A stretch of 64,000 nucleotides of DNA from Escherichia coli (lineage in GTDB: Bacteria > Pseudomonadota > Gammaproteobacteria > Enterobacterales > Enterobacteriaceae): the NCBI RefSeq assembly GCF_029227855.1, contig NZ_CP074356.1; one strand, 5' to 3'. The notes beneath the pieces are model-generated. The model had not been told where the DNA came from, ran no database searches, and was given only the letters and a program-made list of their open reading frames with translations. Positions 1 through 11,654 of this stretch are shown here, piece by piece. A program made the position numbers and the translations under genes. How positions within the stretch are numbered: the stretch's first letter is position 1; every line of letters starts with the position of its first letter.

Positions 1-125
<125 letters not shown>

Positions 126-133
126 TTATCTCC

Positions 134-1132
134 TTATAACGCCTGGATTTTGGCCCACACGCTGTCATCAACGGTAATACCGTTACGGCGGTTTTCGGCC
201 AGCAGGGTAGTAAATTCGTGGCCGGGTAAGCGGATGGCCTGGTTTTCGTCAGCGCGTTCAGCGGTAGTAACGTAATCCATGATACGTTGCAGCTTGGCAT
301 CGCGGGTGGGACCGTCGATAAGCTTGTCCACTTCAATGGCAATAAAAATTTGTGAAATGCCGTATTCGTCGCTGTTGTCCTGGGTGACTTCGGCAACCGA
401 TGCGCCGTCGGAAAGGAGAGTAGCGATCATATCCAGCACAATCGACATGCCAGAACCTTTCCAGTAGCCCATCGGCAAAATGCGGCGATTCTTCTCGATA
501 ACGCCAGGTTCTTTGGTCAAATTGCCCTCATCATCAAAGCCACCATCGACCGGGAGCTGACGGCCCGCCAGGCGGTTAACTTCTAACATGCCGTAAGAGA
601 ACATCGACATCGACATATCGACCATGGTGATCGGCGTGGAAGGAATGGCGACGATCAGCGGGTTAGTGCCAATGCGACACTCTTTTGCGCCCCACGGCGG
701 CATTACGGCGATGGAGTTGGTCCAGCAAATGCCAATATAGCCTTTTTCCGCCGCCTGCCAGCCGTAGCTGCCGCCGCGCATCCAGTGGTTGGCATTACGA
801 AGTGCCACCAGACCAATACCGTGATCGGCAGCCAGTTCAATGGCGCGATCCATCATCTTTTTCGCCGTCAGGTTGCCGATCGAACGCTGGGCATCCCACT
901 GTTCAATTGCGCCGAGGCTGGTTATACGTTTGGGTTGGGCATCAGGAATGATATCGCCGTTTTCCAGTTGTTGAATGAAACGAGGGAAACGATTAACGCC
1001 GTGAGAATAAACGCCGGATTCGGTGGTGCGGGCGAACATCTCTGCACAGGCGTCAGCCGTTTCGCTGTCAACGCCGCGTGAAATTAAGACCCGATTAAAG
1101 GCTGCTTTTAACTGCTCAAATGTCACTTTCAT
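134..1132 (-). CDS. yiaK: 2,3-diketo-L-gulonate reductase (Ldh_2 family oxidoreductase)
   Basis: 332-aa ORF in track; sequence recognised as E. coli YiaK/DlgD. Confidence 0.9.
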   Translation of the reverse strand: MKVTFEQLKAAFNRVLISRGVDSETADACAEMFARTTESGVYSHGVNRFPRFIQQLENGDIIPDAQPKRITSLGAIEQWDAQRSIGNLTAKKMMDRAIELAADHGIGLVALRNANHWMRGGSYGWQAAEKGYIGICWTNSIAVMPPWGAKECRIGTNPLIVAIPSTPITMVDMSMSMFSYGMLEVNRLAGRQLPVDGGFDDEGNLTKEPGVIEKNRRILPMGYWKGSGMSIVLDMIATLLSDGASVAEVTQDNSDEYGISQIFIAIEVDKLIDGPTRDAKLQRIMDYVTTAERADENQAIRLPGHEFTTLLAENRRNGITVDDSVWAKIQAL

Positions 1133-1332
1133 CCCAGGCTTCCTTGTTTTTTTGATCGCTTTTTTGGCTTAAAATTTCAATATGCGAAACTTGATTTCAA
1201 ATATATCGATCACTTTTTAACAAAGCAATCTGATTGATGAATTTCAAAAGACATAAAAATCAAGTGGTTATAAATTATCTGTCGAGATCGTGAACTACGG
1301 CACACTTTGCGCTACCATCAGGACGCGACAAA
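1133..1332. promoter_or_regulatory. Divergent yiaJ / yiaK promoter-operator region (AT-rich)
   Basis: 200-bp AT-rich spacer between divergent yiaK and yiaJ start codons; established that YiaJ represses the yiaK operon; individual sites not resolved. Confidence 0.4.
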
Positions 1333-2181
1333 ATGGGGAAAGAAGTGATGGGAAAAAAAGAGAACGAGATGGCGCAGGAAAAAGAGCGTCCAGCCGGAAG
1401 CCAGAGTCTGTTTCGCGGGTTGATGCTGATTGAGATTTTGAGCAACTATCCAAACGGTTGTCCGTTGGCGCATCTTTCGGAGCTGGCTGGTTTAAATAAG
1501 AGTACCGTCCATCGCTTATTGCAGGGATTACAGTCCTGCGGCTATGTGACCACCGCGCCCGCCGCAGGGAGTTACCGCCTGACTACCAAATTTATTGCCG
1601 TCGGGCAGAAGGCGCTGTCTTCGCTGAATATCATTCATATCGCCGCTCCGCATCTTGAGGCACTGAACATCGCCACTGGTGAAACCATTAACTTCTCCAG
1701 CCGCGAAGACGATCACGCTATTTTGATTTATAAGCTGGAACCCACAACCGGGATGCTGCGAACCCGTGCCTATATTGGCCAGCATATGCCGCTCTACTGT
1801 TCCGCAATGGGCAAGATCTACATGGCGTTTGGTCACCCGGACTACGTGAAGTCATACTGGGAAAACCATCAGCATGAGATCCAGCCGTTAACCCGCAATA
1901 CCATTACCGAGCTGCCCGCGATGTTCGACGAACTGGCGCACATTCGTGAAAGCGGAGCGGCGATGGACAGAGAAGAAAACGAACTCGGCGTCTCCTGTAT
2001 TGCTGTTCCGGTGTTTAATATTCATGGGCGGGTGCCGTACGCCGTGTCGATTTCGCTTTCGACATCACGTCTGAAACAGGTGGGGGAGAAAAATCTCCTG
2101 AAACCACTGCGTGAAACCGCGCAGGCTATTTCTAATGAACTGGGATTTACTGTCAGGGACGACCAGGGCGCGATCACATAA
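1333..2181 (+). CDS. yiaJ: IclR-family transcriptional repressor
   Basis: 282-aa ORF; N-terminal HTH and C-terminal IclR effector domain; recognised as YiaJ. Confidence 0.9.
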   Translation: MGKEVMGKKENEMAQEKERPAGSQSLFRGLMLIEILSNYPNGCPLAHLSELAGLNKSTVHRLLQGLQSCGYVTTAPAAGSYRLTTKFIAVGQKALSSLNIIHIAAPHLEALNIATGETINFSSREDDHAILIYKLEPTTGMLRTRAYIGQHMPLYCSAMGKIYMAFGHPDYVKSYWENHQHEIQPLTRNTITELPAMFDELAHIRESGAAMDREENELGVSCIAVPVFNIHGRVPYAVSISLSTSRLKQVGEKNLLKPLRETAQAISNELGFTVRDDQGAIT

Positions 2182-2282
2182 CGCTTTGGACAAGTGCCAA
2201 AACTTTAACATTTCCTTCGTTGGATCAAAGCAGTAGGGACGCGCTCTCTGGCACTCTGCTGTTTTAGTGCAAAGGAGTGATC

Positions 2283-2756
2283 ATGAACCGGTTTATTATT
2301 GCGGATGCGACGAAATGTATCGGTTGCCGTACCTGTGAAGTGGCTTGCGCAGTGTCGCATCAGGAGAATCAGGATTGCGCTGCGTTGTCACCAGACGAGT
2401 TTATTTCCCGTATTCGTGTCATTAAAGACCACAGCTGGACCACGGCAGTAGCCTGTCATCAGTGTGAAGATGCACCGTGCGCGAATGTCTGCCCTGTTGA
2501 CGCGATAAGCCGCGAACATGGGCATATTTTCGTTGAACAATCACGTTGTATTGGCTGTAAAAGCTGTATGCTGGCTTGCCCGTTTGGTGCGATGGAGGTC
2601 GTTTCTTCGCGCAAAAAGGCGAGGGCGATTAAGTGCGATCTGTGCTGGCATCGGGAGACGGGGCCGGCCTGTGTTGAAGCCTGCCCGACAAAGGCGTTGC
2701 AGTGCATGGATGTCGAGAAAGTGCAGCGGCATCGGCTACGGCAGCAGCCTGTTTGA
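2283..2756 (+). CDS. ysaA: 4Fe-4S ferredoxin-type protein
   Basis: 157 aa from ATG 2283 (AAGGAG RBS at 2272-2277; track ORF starts at upstream GTG 2277); multiple CxxCxxCxxxCP clusters. Confidence 0.85.
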   Translation: MNRFIIADATKCIGCRTCEVACAVSHQENQDCAALSPDEFISRIRVIKDHSWTTAVACHQCEDAPCANVCPVDAISREHGHIFVEQSRCIGCKSCMLACPFGAMEVVSSRKKARAIKCDLCWHRETGPACVEACPTKALQCMDVEKVQRHRLRQQPV

Positions 2757-2769
2757 AACGTTTTTCCGG

Positions 2770-2900
2770 CGTTTCTCAACGCCGGAATAGTGCGCTTTGT
2801 TTATGCCAGATGCGGCGTAAACGCCTTATCCGGCCTACAAATTCTTGCAAATTCAATATATTGCAGAAATCATGTAGGCCTGATAAGCGTAGCGCATCAG
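2770..2900. repeat. REP/BIME palindromic elements between convergent ysaA and avtA
   Basis: Imperfect palindromes of REP type: gcctgataagcgtagcgcatcaggc and ggcgtaaacgccttatccggcctac. Confidence 0.6.
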
Positions 2901-2907
2901 GCAATTT

Positions 2908-4161
2908 TTAGTGACTTTCAGCCCAGGCTCTTTCTATCTCTTCCGCCAGAATCTTCACCCCCGCCTCAATTTTCTCCGGCTCTGGTACGTAGTTCATGCG
3001 CATACATTGATGCGTATGCGGCCACGGTTTATCCAGCCCTGGGAAGAAGTTGTGCCCCGGCACCATCAGCACGCCGCGTGCTTTCAGGCGCTGGTAGAGT
3101 TGCTCGGTCGTAATGGGCAAATCCTTAAACCATAGCCAGAGGAAAATGGCTCCTTCTGGTTTATGAATTAGGCAGCGATCTTCCGGTAAATAGCGGCGAA
3201 TGATGGCGATAGTTTCCTGAACACGCTGGTAGTAAAACGGTTTGATGACTGTTTCAGACAGGCGCAGCAGATCGTTACGCTTAATCATTTCACACATCAT
3301 CGCCGGACCAATACCGCCAGGTGCCAGGCTGATAATGCCGTTCATATTGGTGATGGCAGTGATGATTTTTTCATTGGCGATGATAATGCCGCAGCGGGAG
3401 CCAGGCAGCCCCAGCTTGGAAAGACTCATGCACAGCACGATATTCGGATTCCATAGCGGGCGCGCTTCACTGAAGATGATACCCGGGAACGGGACGCCAT
3501 AAGCGTTATCAATCACCAGCGGAATGCCGTGTTGATTCGCCAGCGCGTCAAGCTTCAGCAACTCTTCGTCAGTAATCACATTGCCTGTTGGATTCGTCGG
3601 CCGGGAGACGCAAATCATCCCGGTTTCTTCGCCAATATGCAGATGCTCAAAATCGACGTGGTATTTAAACTGGCCTTCCGGCAGCAGTTCAATATTCGGA
3701 CGCGCAGAGACAAACAGATCTTCTTCCAGTCCGGCGTCAGCGTAGCCAATGTATTCCGGTGCCAGCGGGAACAGCACTTTTTTGACCCGACCATCGGCAC
3801 GGCGTCCGGCAAACAGATTAAATAAGTAGAAAAACGCGCTCTGGCTGCCGTTTGTTAGTGCAATATTCTGTGCTTCGATATCCCAACCCAACTTCTCGCG
3901 CAGCATTCCGGCAAGCAGTGTGAGTAGCTCCGTTTTCCCCTGTGGACCGTCGTAATTGCACAGTGCATCAGTCGCTTTGCCACTTTCCAGCATGTCGGTC
4001 AGTAGCGTCTGGAAGTAGTCCTGCATTTCCGGGATCTGCGCCGGATTACCGCCGCCGAGCATAATCGCGCCAGGCGTGCGTAAACCGTCGTTCAGATCTT
4101 CCATCAGCAGCGTAATGCCGGAGTGGCGGGTAAATTTGTCACCAAAAAGGGAGAATGTCAT
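2908..4161 (-). CDS. avtA: Valine-pyruvate aminotransferase (transaminase C)
   Basis: Track ORF 2908-4266; canonical start MTFSLFGDKF at 4161 gives 417 aa; class I aminotransferase. Confidence 0.9.
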   Translation of the reverse strand: MTFSLFGDKFTRHSGITLLMEDLNDGLRTPGAIMLGGGNPAQIPEMQDYFQTLLTDMLESGKATDALCNYDGPQGKTELLTLLAGMLREKLGWDIEAQNIALTNGSQSAFFYLFNLFAGRRADGRVKKVLFPLAPEYIGYADAGLEEDLFVSARPNIELLPEGQFKYHVDFEHLHIGEETGMICVSRPTNPTGNVITDEELLKLDALANQHGIPLVIDNAYGVPFPGIIFSEARPLWNPNIVLCMSLSKLGLPGSRCGIIIANEKIITAITNMNGIISLAPGGIGPAMMCEMIKRNDLLRLSETVIKPFYYQRVQETIAIIRRYLPEDRCLIHKPEGAIFLWLWFKDLPITTEQLYQRLKARGVLMVPGHNFFPGLDKPWPHTHQCMRMNYVPEPEKIEAGVKILAEEIERAWAESH

Positions 4162-4338
4162 AGCGGGATATCTGTCGAACTCTGTAGCAAGGAAGGTAAC
4201 AATAACGCTACATTTGCTGGGGTGCAAATCGGTCTGTTGGAGAGTGAGCGGTGCTTTATCCTGCAACGCTGATTAGGGCTGACATTTTATCCTGGTTGGC
4301 GGCTTCCCGAGGTACTGACGAACGGGAAGCCGGAAAAG

Positions 4339-6369
4339 TCACTGTTGCCCAGCCCAGATGACCAGCACTTTATCGTCGCCATGCTCACGAACAAAGCCGT
4401 AGCCCTGCTTCAGCGAAAGTGTCGTTTGTTTGCCCGCGCCAATTGCGGGATGGCGGGCGCGGAACTGGCTGATTTTCTGCCAGTGCGCGACGTTGGCGGC
4501 AGATTTACCGCTAACATCCTGCCAGTTCATATCCGAACGTGTACCTTGCAGCGGATCAGAACCTGTAGGACCGAACGGACGCGAGGATTCATCGCCATAA
4601 AAGATTTGTACCGCGCCTGGCGCTAATAGTAATAACTCTGCTGCTTTGTCGCCCCCTTCACGGAACAGACGGGTATCATGCGACGAGAGGTAGCTCAACA
4701 CGTTGAAACCCTGCAATTTCTCCGCCATTTGCTGCCAGGTCGTATCCATCTGCGCCAGACAATCGACTGCTTTCGCCGCCTGCTCCTGATAATCGAAATT
4801 GATCATCGCATCGAAGCCGTGGCGATAGTAGTCACTTTGCATCACGCCGTGGCCCCAGGCTTCACCGGTCATCCAGAAAGGTTTGTCATCTAATGCTTTG
4901 TCGGGGTTAGCTTTTTTCCATTCGCGAAGCGCGGCGCTGGCTTCGGTTTTCAGTTGCTGCCAGGCGGGCAACTCAACATGTTTGGCGGTATCGACCCGAA
5001 AACCATCAATCCCATAGTCGCGGACCCACTGACTTAACCAGTGGGTTAAGTAATCGCGAGGTGTAAAGCCTTCGATGACTTTAGCGTGAGTATCCGTTTT
5101 GTTTTTATAGAACACCGGCAGACCAGAAGCGGTAGTTGATTCGGTTTTGATATCCGGCAAAAAGGCCAGCGACATAGTGAGATCGTCGAATCCAGGATTG
5201 TCGTAATCGCCGATATCCGTTCTGATCCAGTTTTTTCCCCACCATTTATCCCAGCCTGTTTTGTCGCTGAAATTAATGTAATCGTTAAAGCTATGCCAGG
5301 TTTGCCCGGCGGCAGGTTTCCAGTCGCTCCAGCGTTCACCCAGCGTTTTTTTCACCTCGTCACCAGAAAGATATAACGCGCCAAACTGATACTCCTGCAT
5401 ATCCGCCAGCGTGGCATAGCCGGTGTGGTTCATCACGACATCAAAGAGAATACGAATACCGCGCTGATGTGCGCTATCAACCAGCGTCCGTAGATCGGCT
5501 TCGTTGCCCATATTGGCATCAAGATTCGTCCAGTCCTGTGTGTAATAACCGTGGTAGGCATAATGCGGGAAATCGCCTTTTGTACCGCCGCCGACCCAGC
5601 CGTGAATTTGCTCAAATGGGGCGCTTATCCATAAAGCATTAACGCCCAACTGCTGGAGGTAATCCAGTTTGTTGGTCAGGCCGCGTAAATCGCCGCCGTG
5701 AAAAGTGCCAATTTCCGCCATACCGTCTTTATGACGTCCGTAACTCTGGTCATTACTGGGATCGCCGTTTTCGAAACGATCTGTCAGCACAAAGTAAACC
5801 GTGGCGTTATGCCAGTCGAAAGGGGCAGGGGCGTCAGTTTCTGCCCGTTCCAGCAGGAGTAAACCGTTGCTGGTAGCAGCGGGTTGTAACGTTATTTGAC
5901 CGTTCTTCACTATCGCAATTTGCTGGCTGTAATAATCCCGTACGGCGGCTCCTTCCGGGAAAGTGGCGCTGACATCCAGCGTGAGCGGTAATCCATCCCA
6001 TTTCGGGCATTCACGGACCAGGTTTGCTACCGGTTCGGCGGCGTTCTGGATGGAAATCATCAATGTTGGCGTACCGGAGCGGGTGTCTATTTGCAGCGTA
6101 TATTTGCCGTCTCTGAACAATCGCCATTGAGGCGGCGTGTTGCTACAAGGTTGCAGGGAAAGCATCTGATTGAGTTTTATCGCATCTGCAGGCTGCCAGC
6201 ACTGTTGGTCAAAATTTAGCGTGAGTGGACGCGTACCTTTGGGCAACTGCGCGTGGCTGACAAATGTTCCCGTTCCCTGTTCGCTAAAGGCAGGGAACCC
6301 CGGAGAAGTCCAGCTGGCGGCAACGGCGAAGCCAGGAAGGAGTGTCAGAAAACAGGCGGCGAGTTTCAT
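4339..6369 (-). CDS. malS: Periplasmic alpha-amylase
   Basis: 676-aa ORF with signal peptide; GH13 catalytic motifs (GFRVDTAKH); recognised as MalS. Confidence 0.92.
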   Translation of the reverse strand: MKLAACFLTLLPGFAVAASWTSPGFPAFSEQGTGTFVSHAQLPKGTRPLTLNFDQQCWQPADAIKLNQMLSLQPCSNTPPQWRLFRDGKYTLQIDTRSGTPTLMISIQNAAEPVANLVRECPKWDGLPLTLDVSATFPEGAAVRDYYSQQIAIVKNGQITLQPAATSNGLLLLERAETDAPAPFDWHNATVYFVLTDRFENGDPSNDQSYGRHKDGMAEIGTFHGGDLRGLTNKLDYLQQLGVNALWISAPFEQIHGWVGGGTKGDFPHYAYHGYYTQDWTNLDANMGNEADLRTLVDSAHQRGIRILFDVVMNHTGYATLADMQEYQFGALYLSGDEVKKTLGERWSDWKPAAGQTWHSFNDYINFSDKTGWDKWWGKNWIRTDIGDYDNPGFDDLTMSLAFLPDIKTESTTASGLPVFYKNKTDTHAKVIEGFTPRDYLTHWLSQWVRDYGIDGFRVDTAKHVELPAWQQLKTEASAALREWKKANPDKALDDKPFWMTGEAWGHGVMQSDYYRHGFDAMINFDYQEQAAKAVDCLAQMDTTWQQMAEKLQGFNVLSYLSSHDTRLFREGGDKAAELLLLAPGAVQIFYGDESSRPFGPTGSDPLQGTRSDMNWQDVSGKSAANVAHWQKISQFRARHPAIGAGKQTTLSLKQGYGFVREHGDDKVLVIWAGQQ

Positions 6370-6688
6370 GGTGGATGAGTCCTTATTGCTGCGATTTCAG
6401 ACAGTTTGCCAGCGATAAGCCAGACAAAACTCATCCCTGAGCGGTAAGTCCACAGGATGAGAAGCAAGGGTGAGCGATCTCGCGCAAAAAACGGCTGAAT
6501 TTTGCGATAAACCCCACATTTTCTGCGATTTAGCGCCAATCTGAATCGTTAACACGTGACATAGTTTCAGATTTGGACTATTCCTTGGGGTGCTCTTGAC
6601 AGCTATTTTTGATATGATTTGAGATTCAACTCTCAAATTTGTGAAAAATATAAGGTGTTGGAATGATTAAATCCGACCAGGAGACCTG

Positions 6689-7513
6689 ATGATTTTGACT
6701 CCCATACGACGATATGGGGCGATGATTCTTATGTTACTCACTCTGGTGTTTTCGAGTGAGGTGTTAGCGAAGACGCACACAACAACAGCGAGTCAAAAGT
6801 CCCACTTAACTAAAGCTAGTAATAAACAGGTAAGCAGTAAACAAGAGTATTCTCGCAATAGTGCAAAGAGTAGTTCACTTCCTGATTTGCGAAAATACCC
6901 TTCCGGAACACCAAGGAAAAAGGCGTTTCTCCGGACCGTAATGCCTTACATTACCAGCCAAAATGCAGCCATTACTGCAGAACGTAACTGGCTGATTTCA
7001 AAACAGTATCAGGGCCAATGGTCACCTGCTGAGCGTGCGCGTCTGAAAGACATCGCCAAACGCTACAAGGTGAAGTGGTCTGGTAATACGCGAAAAATCC
7101 CGTGGAATACCTTGCTTGAACGCGTAGACATTATCCCTACCAGTATGGTGGCGACGATGGCTGCAGCAGAAAGCGGTTGGGGAACGTCGAAGCTGGCGCG
7201 CAACAACAACAATCTTTTCGGCATGAAATGCATGAAAGGACGTTGTACCAATGCGCCGGGTAAAGTGAAAGGGTACTCACAGTTTAGTTCTGTCAAAGAA
7301 TCGGTGAGCGCCTATGTCACTAACCTCAATACGCATCCGGCTTACTCTTCGTTCCGTAAATCGCGTGCGCAGCTGCGTAAAGCGGATCAGGAAGTGACTG
7401 CCACAGCGATGATTCACAAGCTGAAGGGCTACTCGACCAAAGGGAAGAGTTATAATAACTACCTGTTCGCAATGTACCAGGATAACCAACGGTTAATCGC
7501 GGCGCATATGTAA
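6689..7513 (+). CDS. bax: Bax protein (putative glucosaminidase, FlgJ-like domain)
   Basis: 274-aa ORF with N-terminal signal sequence; recognised as E. coli Bax. Confidence 0.85.
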   Translation: MILTPIRRYGAMILMLLTLVFSSEVLAKTHTTTASQKSHLTKASNKQVSSKQEYSRNSAKSSSLPDLRKYPSGTPRKKAFLRTVMPYITSQNAAITAERNWLISKQYQGQWSPAERARLKDIAKRYKVKWSGNTRKIPWNTLLERVDIIPTSMVATMAAAESGWGTSKLARNNNNLFGMKCMKGRCTNAPGKVKGYSQFSSVKESVSAYVTNLNTHPAYSSFRKSRAQLRKADQEVTATAMIHKLKGYSTKGKSYNNYLFAMYQDNQRLIAAHM

Positions 7514-7620
7514 TTGCATTTCCTTGAGCCTTATCTGATTTGTTGGTCGGATAAGGCTTTTGCTCGCATCAGGTGGCTGTGCTGAGTTCCCTGATGTGAC
7601 GCCGACAATTCTCATCATCG

Positions 7621-8799
7621 CTACAACATGACCTCGCTATTTACATCGCGATACTCTTTTGGCGTTGTGTCATATGCTTTTTTAAAAACAGAGTAGAAAT
7701 ATTGCAGCGATGGATAACCGCACATTTGCGATATCTCATTGATCGACAAGGTGGTTGAAATCAGCAGACTGCGCGCTTTCTCCAGCTTCTCGGCATGAAT
7801 CATGGCATGGATGGTTTCACCCACCTCTTCTTTAAAACGCTTCTCAAGATTGGAGCGCGAGATCCCGACCGCATCCAGTACCTGATCCACTTTAATCCCT
7901 TTACAGGCGTGATTACGAATGTAATGCATGGCCTGAATAACGGCGGGATCGGTCAGCGAGCGATAATCTGTTGAGCGCCGTTCAATGACGCGAACTGGTG
8001 GGACCAAAATTCGCTGTAGCGGCATTTCTTCTTTATCTAATAATCGATGCAACAGTTTTGCCGCCTGATAGCCCATTTGCCGCGCGCCCTGAGCGACCGA
8101 AGAAAGGGCGACACGCGACAGATAGCGGGTCAATTCTTCGTTATCGATGCCAATCACGCATAATTTTTCCGGTACGGGAATATGTAGATGTTCACATACT
8201 TGCAGAATATGCCGCGCTCGGGCGTCAGTAACGGCAATAATCCCGGTTTGCGGTGGTAGCGTTTGTAGCCAGTCTGCCAGCCGATTTTGCGCGTGTTGCC
8301 AGTTCTCTGGCGCGGTTTCTAACCCCTGATAAACCACTCCGCGATACTTTTCTTCGGCGACAAGCTGACGAAATGCATATTCGCGCTCAGTGGCCCAACG
8401 TTTGCCGCTTGATTCCGGAAGACCATAAAAAGCAAAGCGGTTAACGCCTTTCTCTTTTAAATGCAAAAATGCGCTTTCAACCAGCGCATAGTTATCGGTG
8501 GCAATGTAATGAACGGGTGGGTAACTTTCTGCAAGGTGATACGAGCCGCCAACCCCAACAATGGGGACGTCGACATCAGCCAGCGCTTGCTCGATCTGTT
8601 TGTCGTCGAAGTCGGCAATGACGCCATCTCCTAACCAGTCCTTGATTTTATCAATGCGGGCGCGGAAATCTTCTTCAATGAAAATATCCCATTCCGATTG
8701 TGACGCCTGTAAATATTCCCCTACGCCTTCTACTACCTGCCGGTCATAGGCTTTATTGGCATTGAACAGTAATGTGATGCGGTGACGTTTAGTAAACAT
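7621..8799 (-). CDS. xylR: Xylose operon activator (AraC family with periplasmic-binding-like N-domain)
   Basis: 392-aa ORF; C-terminal AraC HTH; adjacent to xylFGH. Confidence 0.92.
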   Translation of the reverse strand: MFTKRHRITLLFNANKAYDRQVVEGVGEYLQASQSEWDIFIEEDFRARIDKIKDWLGDGVIADFDDKQIEQALADVDVPIVGVGGSYHLAESYPPVHYIATDNYALVESAFLHLKEKGVNRFAFYGLPESSGKRWATEREYAFRQLVAEEKYRGVVYQGLETAPENWQHAQNRLADWLQTLPPQTGIIAVTDARARHILQVCEHLHIPVPEKLCVIGIDNEELTRYLSRVALSSVAQGARQMGYQAAKLLHRLLDKEEMPLQRILVPPVRVIERRSTDYRSLTDPAVIQAMHYIRNHACKGIKVDQVLDAVGISRSNLEKRFKEEVGETIHAMIHAEKLEKARSLLISTTLSINEISQMCGYPSLQYFYSVFKKAYDTTPKEYRDVNSEVML

Positions 8800-8876
8800 G
8801 GTTCTTTTCCTGCTGAATCATGCAAAAACTCAAAACCGGTAATACGTAACCGGCTTTGAGAAAATTTTAATCAAAA

Positions 8877-10058
8877 TCAAGAACGGCGTTTGGTTGCGGA
8901 GTCCATCCATACTGCCAGCAACAGAATCGCACCTTTAACGATATACTGCCAGAAGGTCGGTACATCCATCATACTCATGCCGTTATCCAGTGAAGCCATG
9001 ATAAATGCCCCCATTACTGCTCCGGCAACGCTTCCCACACCGCCAGCCAGGCTGGTGCCGCCAATCACGCATGCTGCAATTGCGTCCAGTTCGGCGATAT
9101 TTCCCGCAGAAGGTGAACCAGCGCCAAGTCGAGAACTAAGGATTAATCCGGCGATGGCTACCATTAATCCGTTAATCGCGAACACGGCAAGTTTGGTGCG
9201 TTCAACGTTAATCCCGGAGAGACGTGCTGCTTCCAGATTGCCGCCGATGGCATAAATGCGTCGTCCAAATGCCGTCCGCGTTGCCATAAACATTCCGCCG
9301 AGTAACAGCAACGTCAGCAGCAGAACAGGAGTGGGAACGCCACGGTAATCATTCAACAGCCAGATTGCGCCTAATACGATGATAGCGGTTAAAGCCTGGC
9401 GACCGACTACTGCGGTAGAGGCCGGAGACTGTAAACCCAAAGCCTGACGGCGCATTCTTCCGCGCCATTGCCAACCAACAAAAGCCATTAAGCCAAGCGC
9501 GCCAATGATGAAGCCGGTACTGGCGGGGAGATAGCTTTGCCCAATTTGTGACATCGCGGCGCTGGTGGGGGATACAGTCGTGCCGTTGGTGATGCCAATG
9601 AGTATGCCGCGAAATGCCAACATGCCCGCGAGGGTGACAATAAATGAAGGGACTTTGCGGTACGCGACCCACCATCCGTTCCAGGCACCGAGAAGCAGTC
9701 CCAGAACCAACGTCACAATGATGGTAAGTGGCAAAGGCCAGCCTAACCAGACGTCACAAATCGCCGCGACGCCACCTAATAGCCCCATCATTGAGCCGAC
9801 GGAAAGGTCGATTTCAGCAGAAATTATGACGAACACCATTCCTACCGCGAGGATGCCGGTAATCGCGGTCTGGCGTAACAGGTTGGAGACGTTACGGGCG
9901 CTTAAGTAGGCACCATCGGTGGTCCAGGTAAAGAACAGCATGATTGCGATGATAGCTGCAATCATCACGAAGACCTGCAAATTCAGTGATTTCAGCCCAG
10001 AAAAGCCACCGGATGTCGGTACGGCCAATTTCACTTCAGACGGATTGCTTTTCGACAT
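8877..10058 (-). CDS. xylH: Xylose ABC transporter permease
   Basis: 393-aa polytopic membrane ORF; overlaps xylG 3' end by 23 nt. Confidence 0.92.
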
Positions 10059-11577
10059 GATGTTCGCTCCTCAATGCGGCTTCCATCACCTGCTCCTGAG
10101 TCAGGTTATGATTTATCAGGTTGGCTTTTAGTTTCCCTTCATGCATCACCAGTACACGATCGCTAAGGCCGAGCACTTCAGGTAATTCGGAAGAGATGAC
10201 AATAACGGCAATACCCTGCTGGACGAGTTGGTTAATTAATTTGTAGATCTCATATTTCGCGCCAATATCAATACCCCTGGTAGGTTCATCAAGAATGAGA
10301 ATGCGCGGGTTGAGTAACAGACAGCGGGCGAGGATCGCTTTTTGCTGATTGCCGCCGCTCAAACGTCCAATAGCAAGATCGGGGGACGACGTTTTAACTT
10401 TGAGTTGCTGAATTGATTCCAGAATACATTTTTGCTCTTCCGCGTCATCAAGCTGGCTAATGCCACCGGTAAATTTATTGAGTGCGGCGAGGGTAATATT
10501 TTTACCAACCGCCATTACCGGAACGATGCCGTCGCGCTTTCTGTCTTCGGGTACCATCGCAATCCCCTGGGCGATGGCTTGCTGACAGTTACGAATATCT
10601 ACCTGTTTGCCATCAATATAAATTTTTCCTTCCCATTGTCCGGGCCACACGCCAAACAGGCACTGAATGGTCTCGGTACGTCCGGCACCAACGAGTCCGG
10701 CAATACCCAGTATTTCGCCACGTTTCAGGGAAAACGAGACATCATTAACTCGTTTAATATGACGATTGACCGGATGCCATGCCGTCAGATGTTCAATACG
10801 TAATATTTCATCTCCGGTGGTATGTGGTTCATTAGGGTAAAGCGCGGTTAACTCTCGCCCGACCATCATGGTGATAATATCGTCTTCACTCATTCCGGCA
10901 GCATCACGCGTACCAATGTGCTGTCCGTCGCGAATAACGCAAATCGTATCGGAAATCGCTTTGACTTCGTTGAGTTTGTGCGAAATATAAATACAGGCGA
11001 TACCGTGCTGTTGTAGATCGCGAATAATATCCAGTAAAACCGACGTTTCCTGCTCAGTTAATGAGGCTGTCGGTTCATCGAGAATTAACAAGCGCACCTG
11101 TTTATTAAGTGCCTTGGCAATTTCAACCAGTTGTTGTTGCCCAAGCCCTAAATCGCCAACGCGGGTATCAGGTGAAATGGATAAACTGACCTGTGCGAGC
11201 AGCTTCTGACAGCGTAGCGTCATCAGGTCATAATCCATAATGCCATTGTGGGTTATTTCGTTACCCAGGAAGATATTTTCCAGCACGGTCAATTCTTTCA
11301 CCAGGGCCAATTCCTGATGAATGATGGCGATACCTTTGCGTTCGGTATCGCGGATGTGACTCGCCTGAATCTCTTCTCCCGCAAAAATAATTTCGCCTTC
11401 GTAGGAGCCATGGGGATAAATACCACACAGCACTTTCATCAGCGTTGATTTACCAGACCCATTTTCCCCACAAAGTGAGACGATTTCGCCAGCATTCAAC
11501 CGCAAGCAGACGTTATCAATCGCCTTCACACTGCCGAAGGTTTTGGTAATGTTCTTCATTTCAAGTAGATAAGGCAT
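10036..11577 (-). CDS. xylG: Xylose ABC transporter ATP-binding protein (duplicated ABC domains)
   Basis: 513-aa ORF with two Walker A motifs ([18 protein letters not shown]). Confidence 0.92.
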
Positions 11578-11654
11578 AACGACTCCACCTAAGCCAATTC
11601 ATTCACGCGGCATGGAGAGAAATCACGCCCCCGCTCCGCGCCGGGGCGTAACGC

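Noticed and set aside
6397-6636. 79-aa minus-strand ORF in the malS-bax intergenic region
   Set aside because: It lies in the malS promoter region, has no RBS, and its composition is not protein-like; judged spurious.
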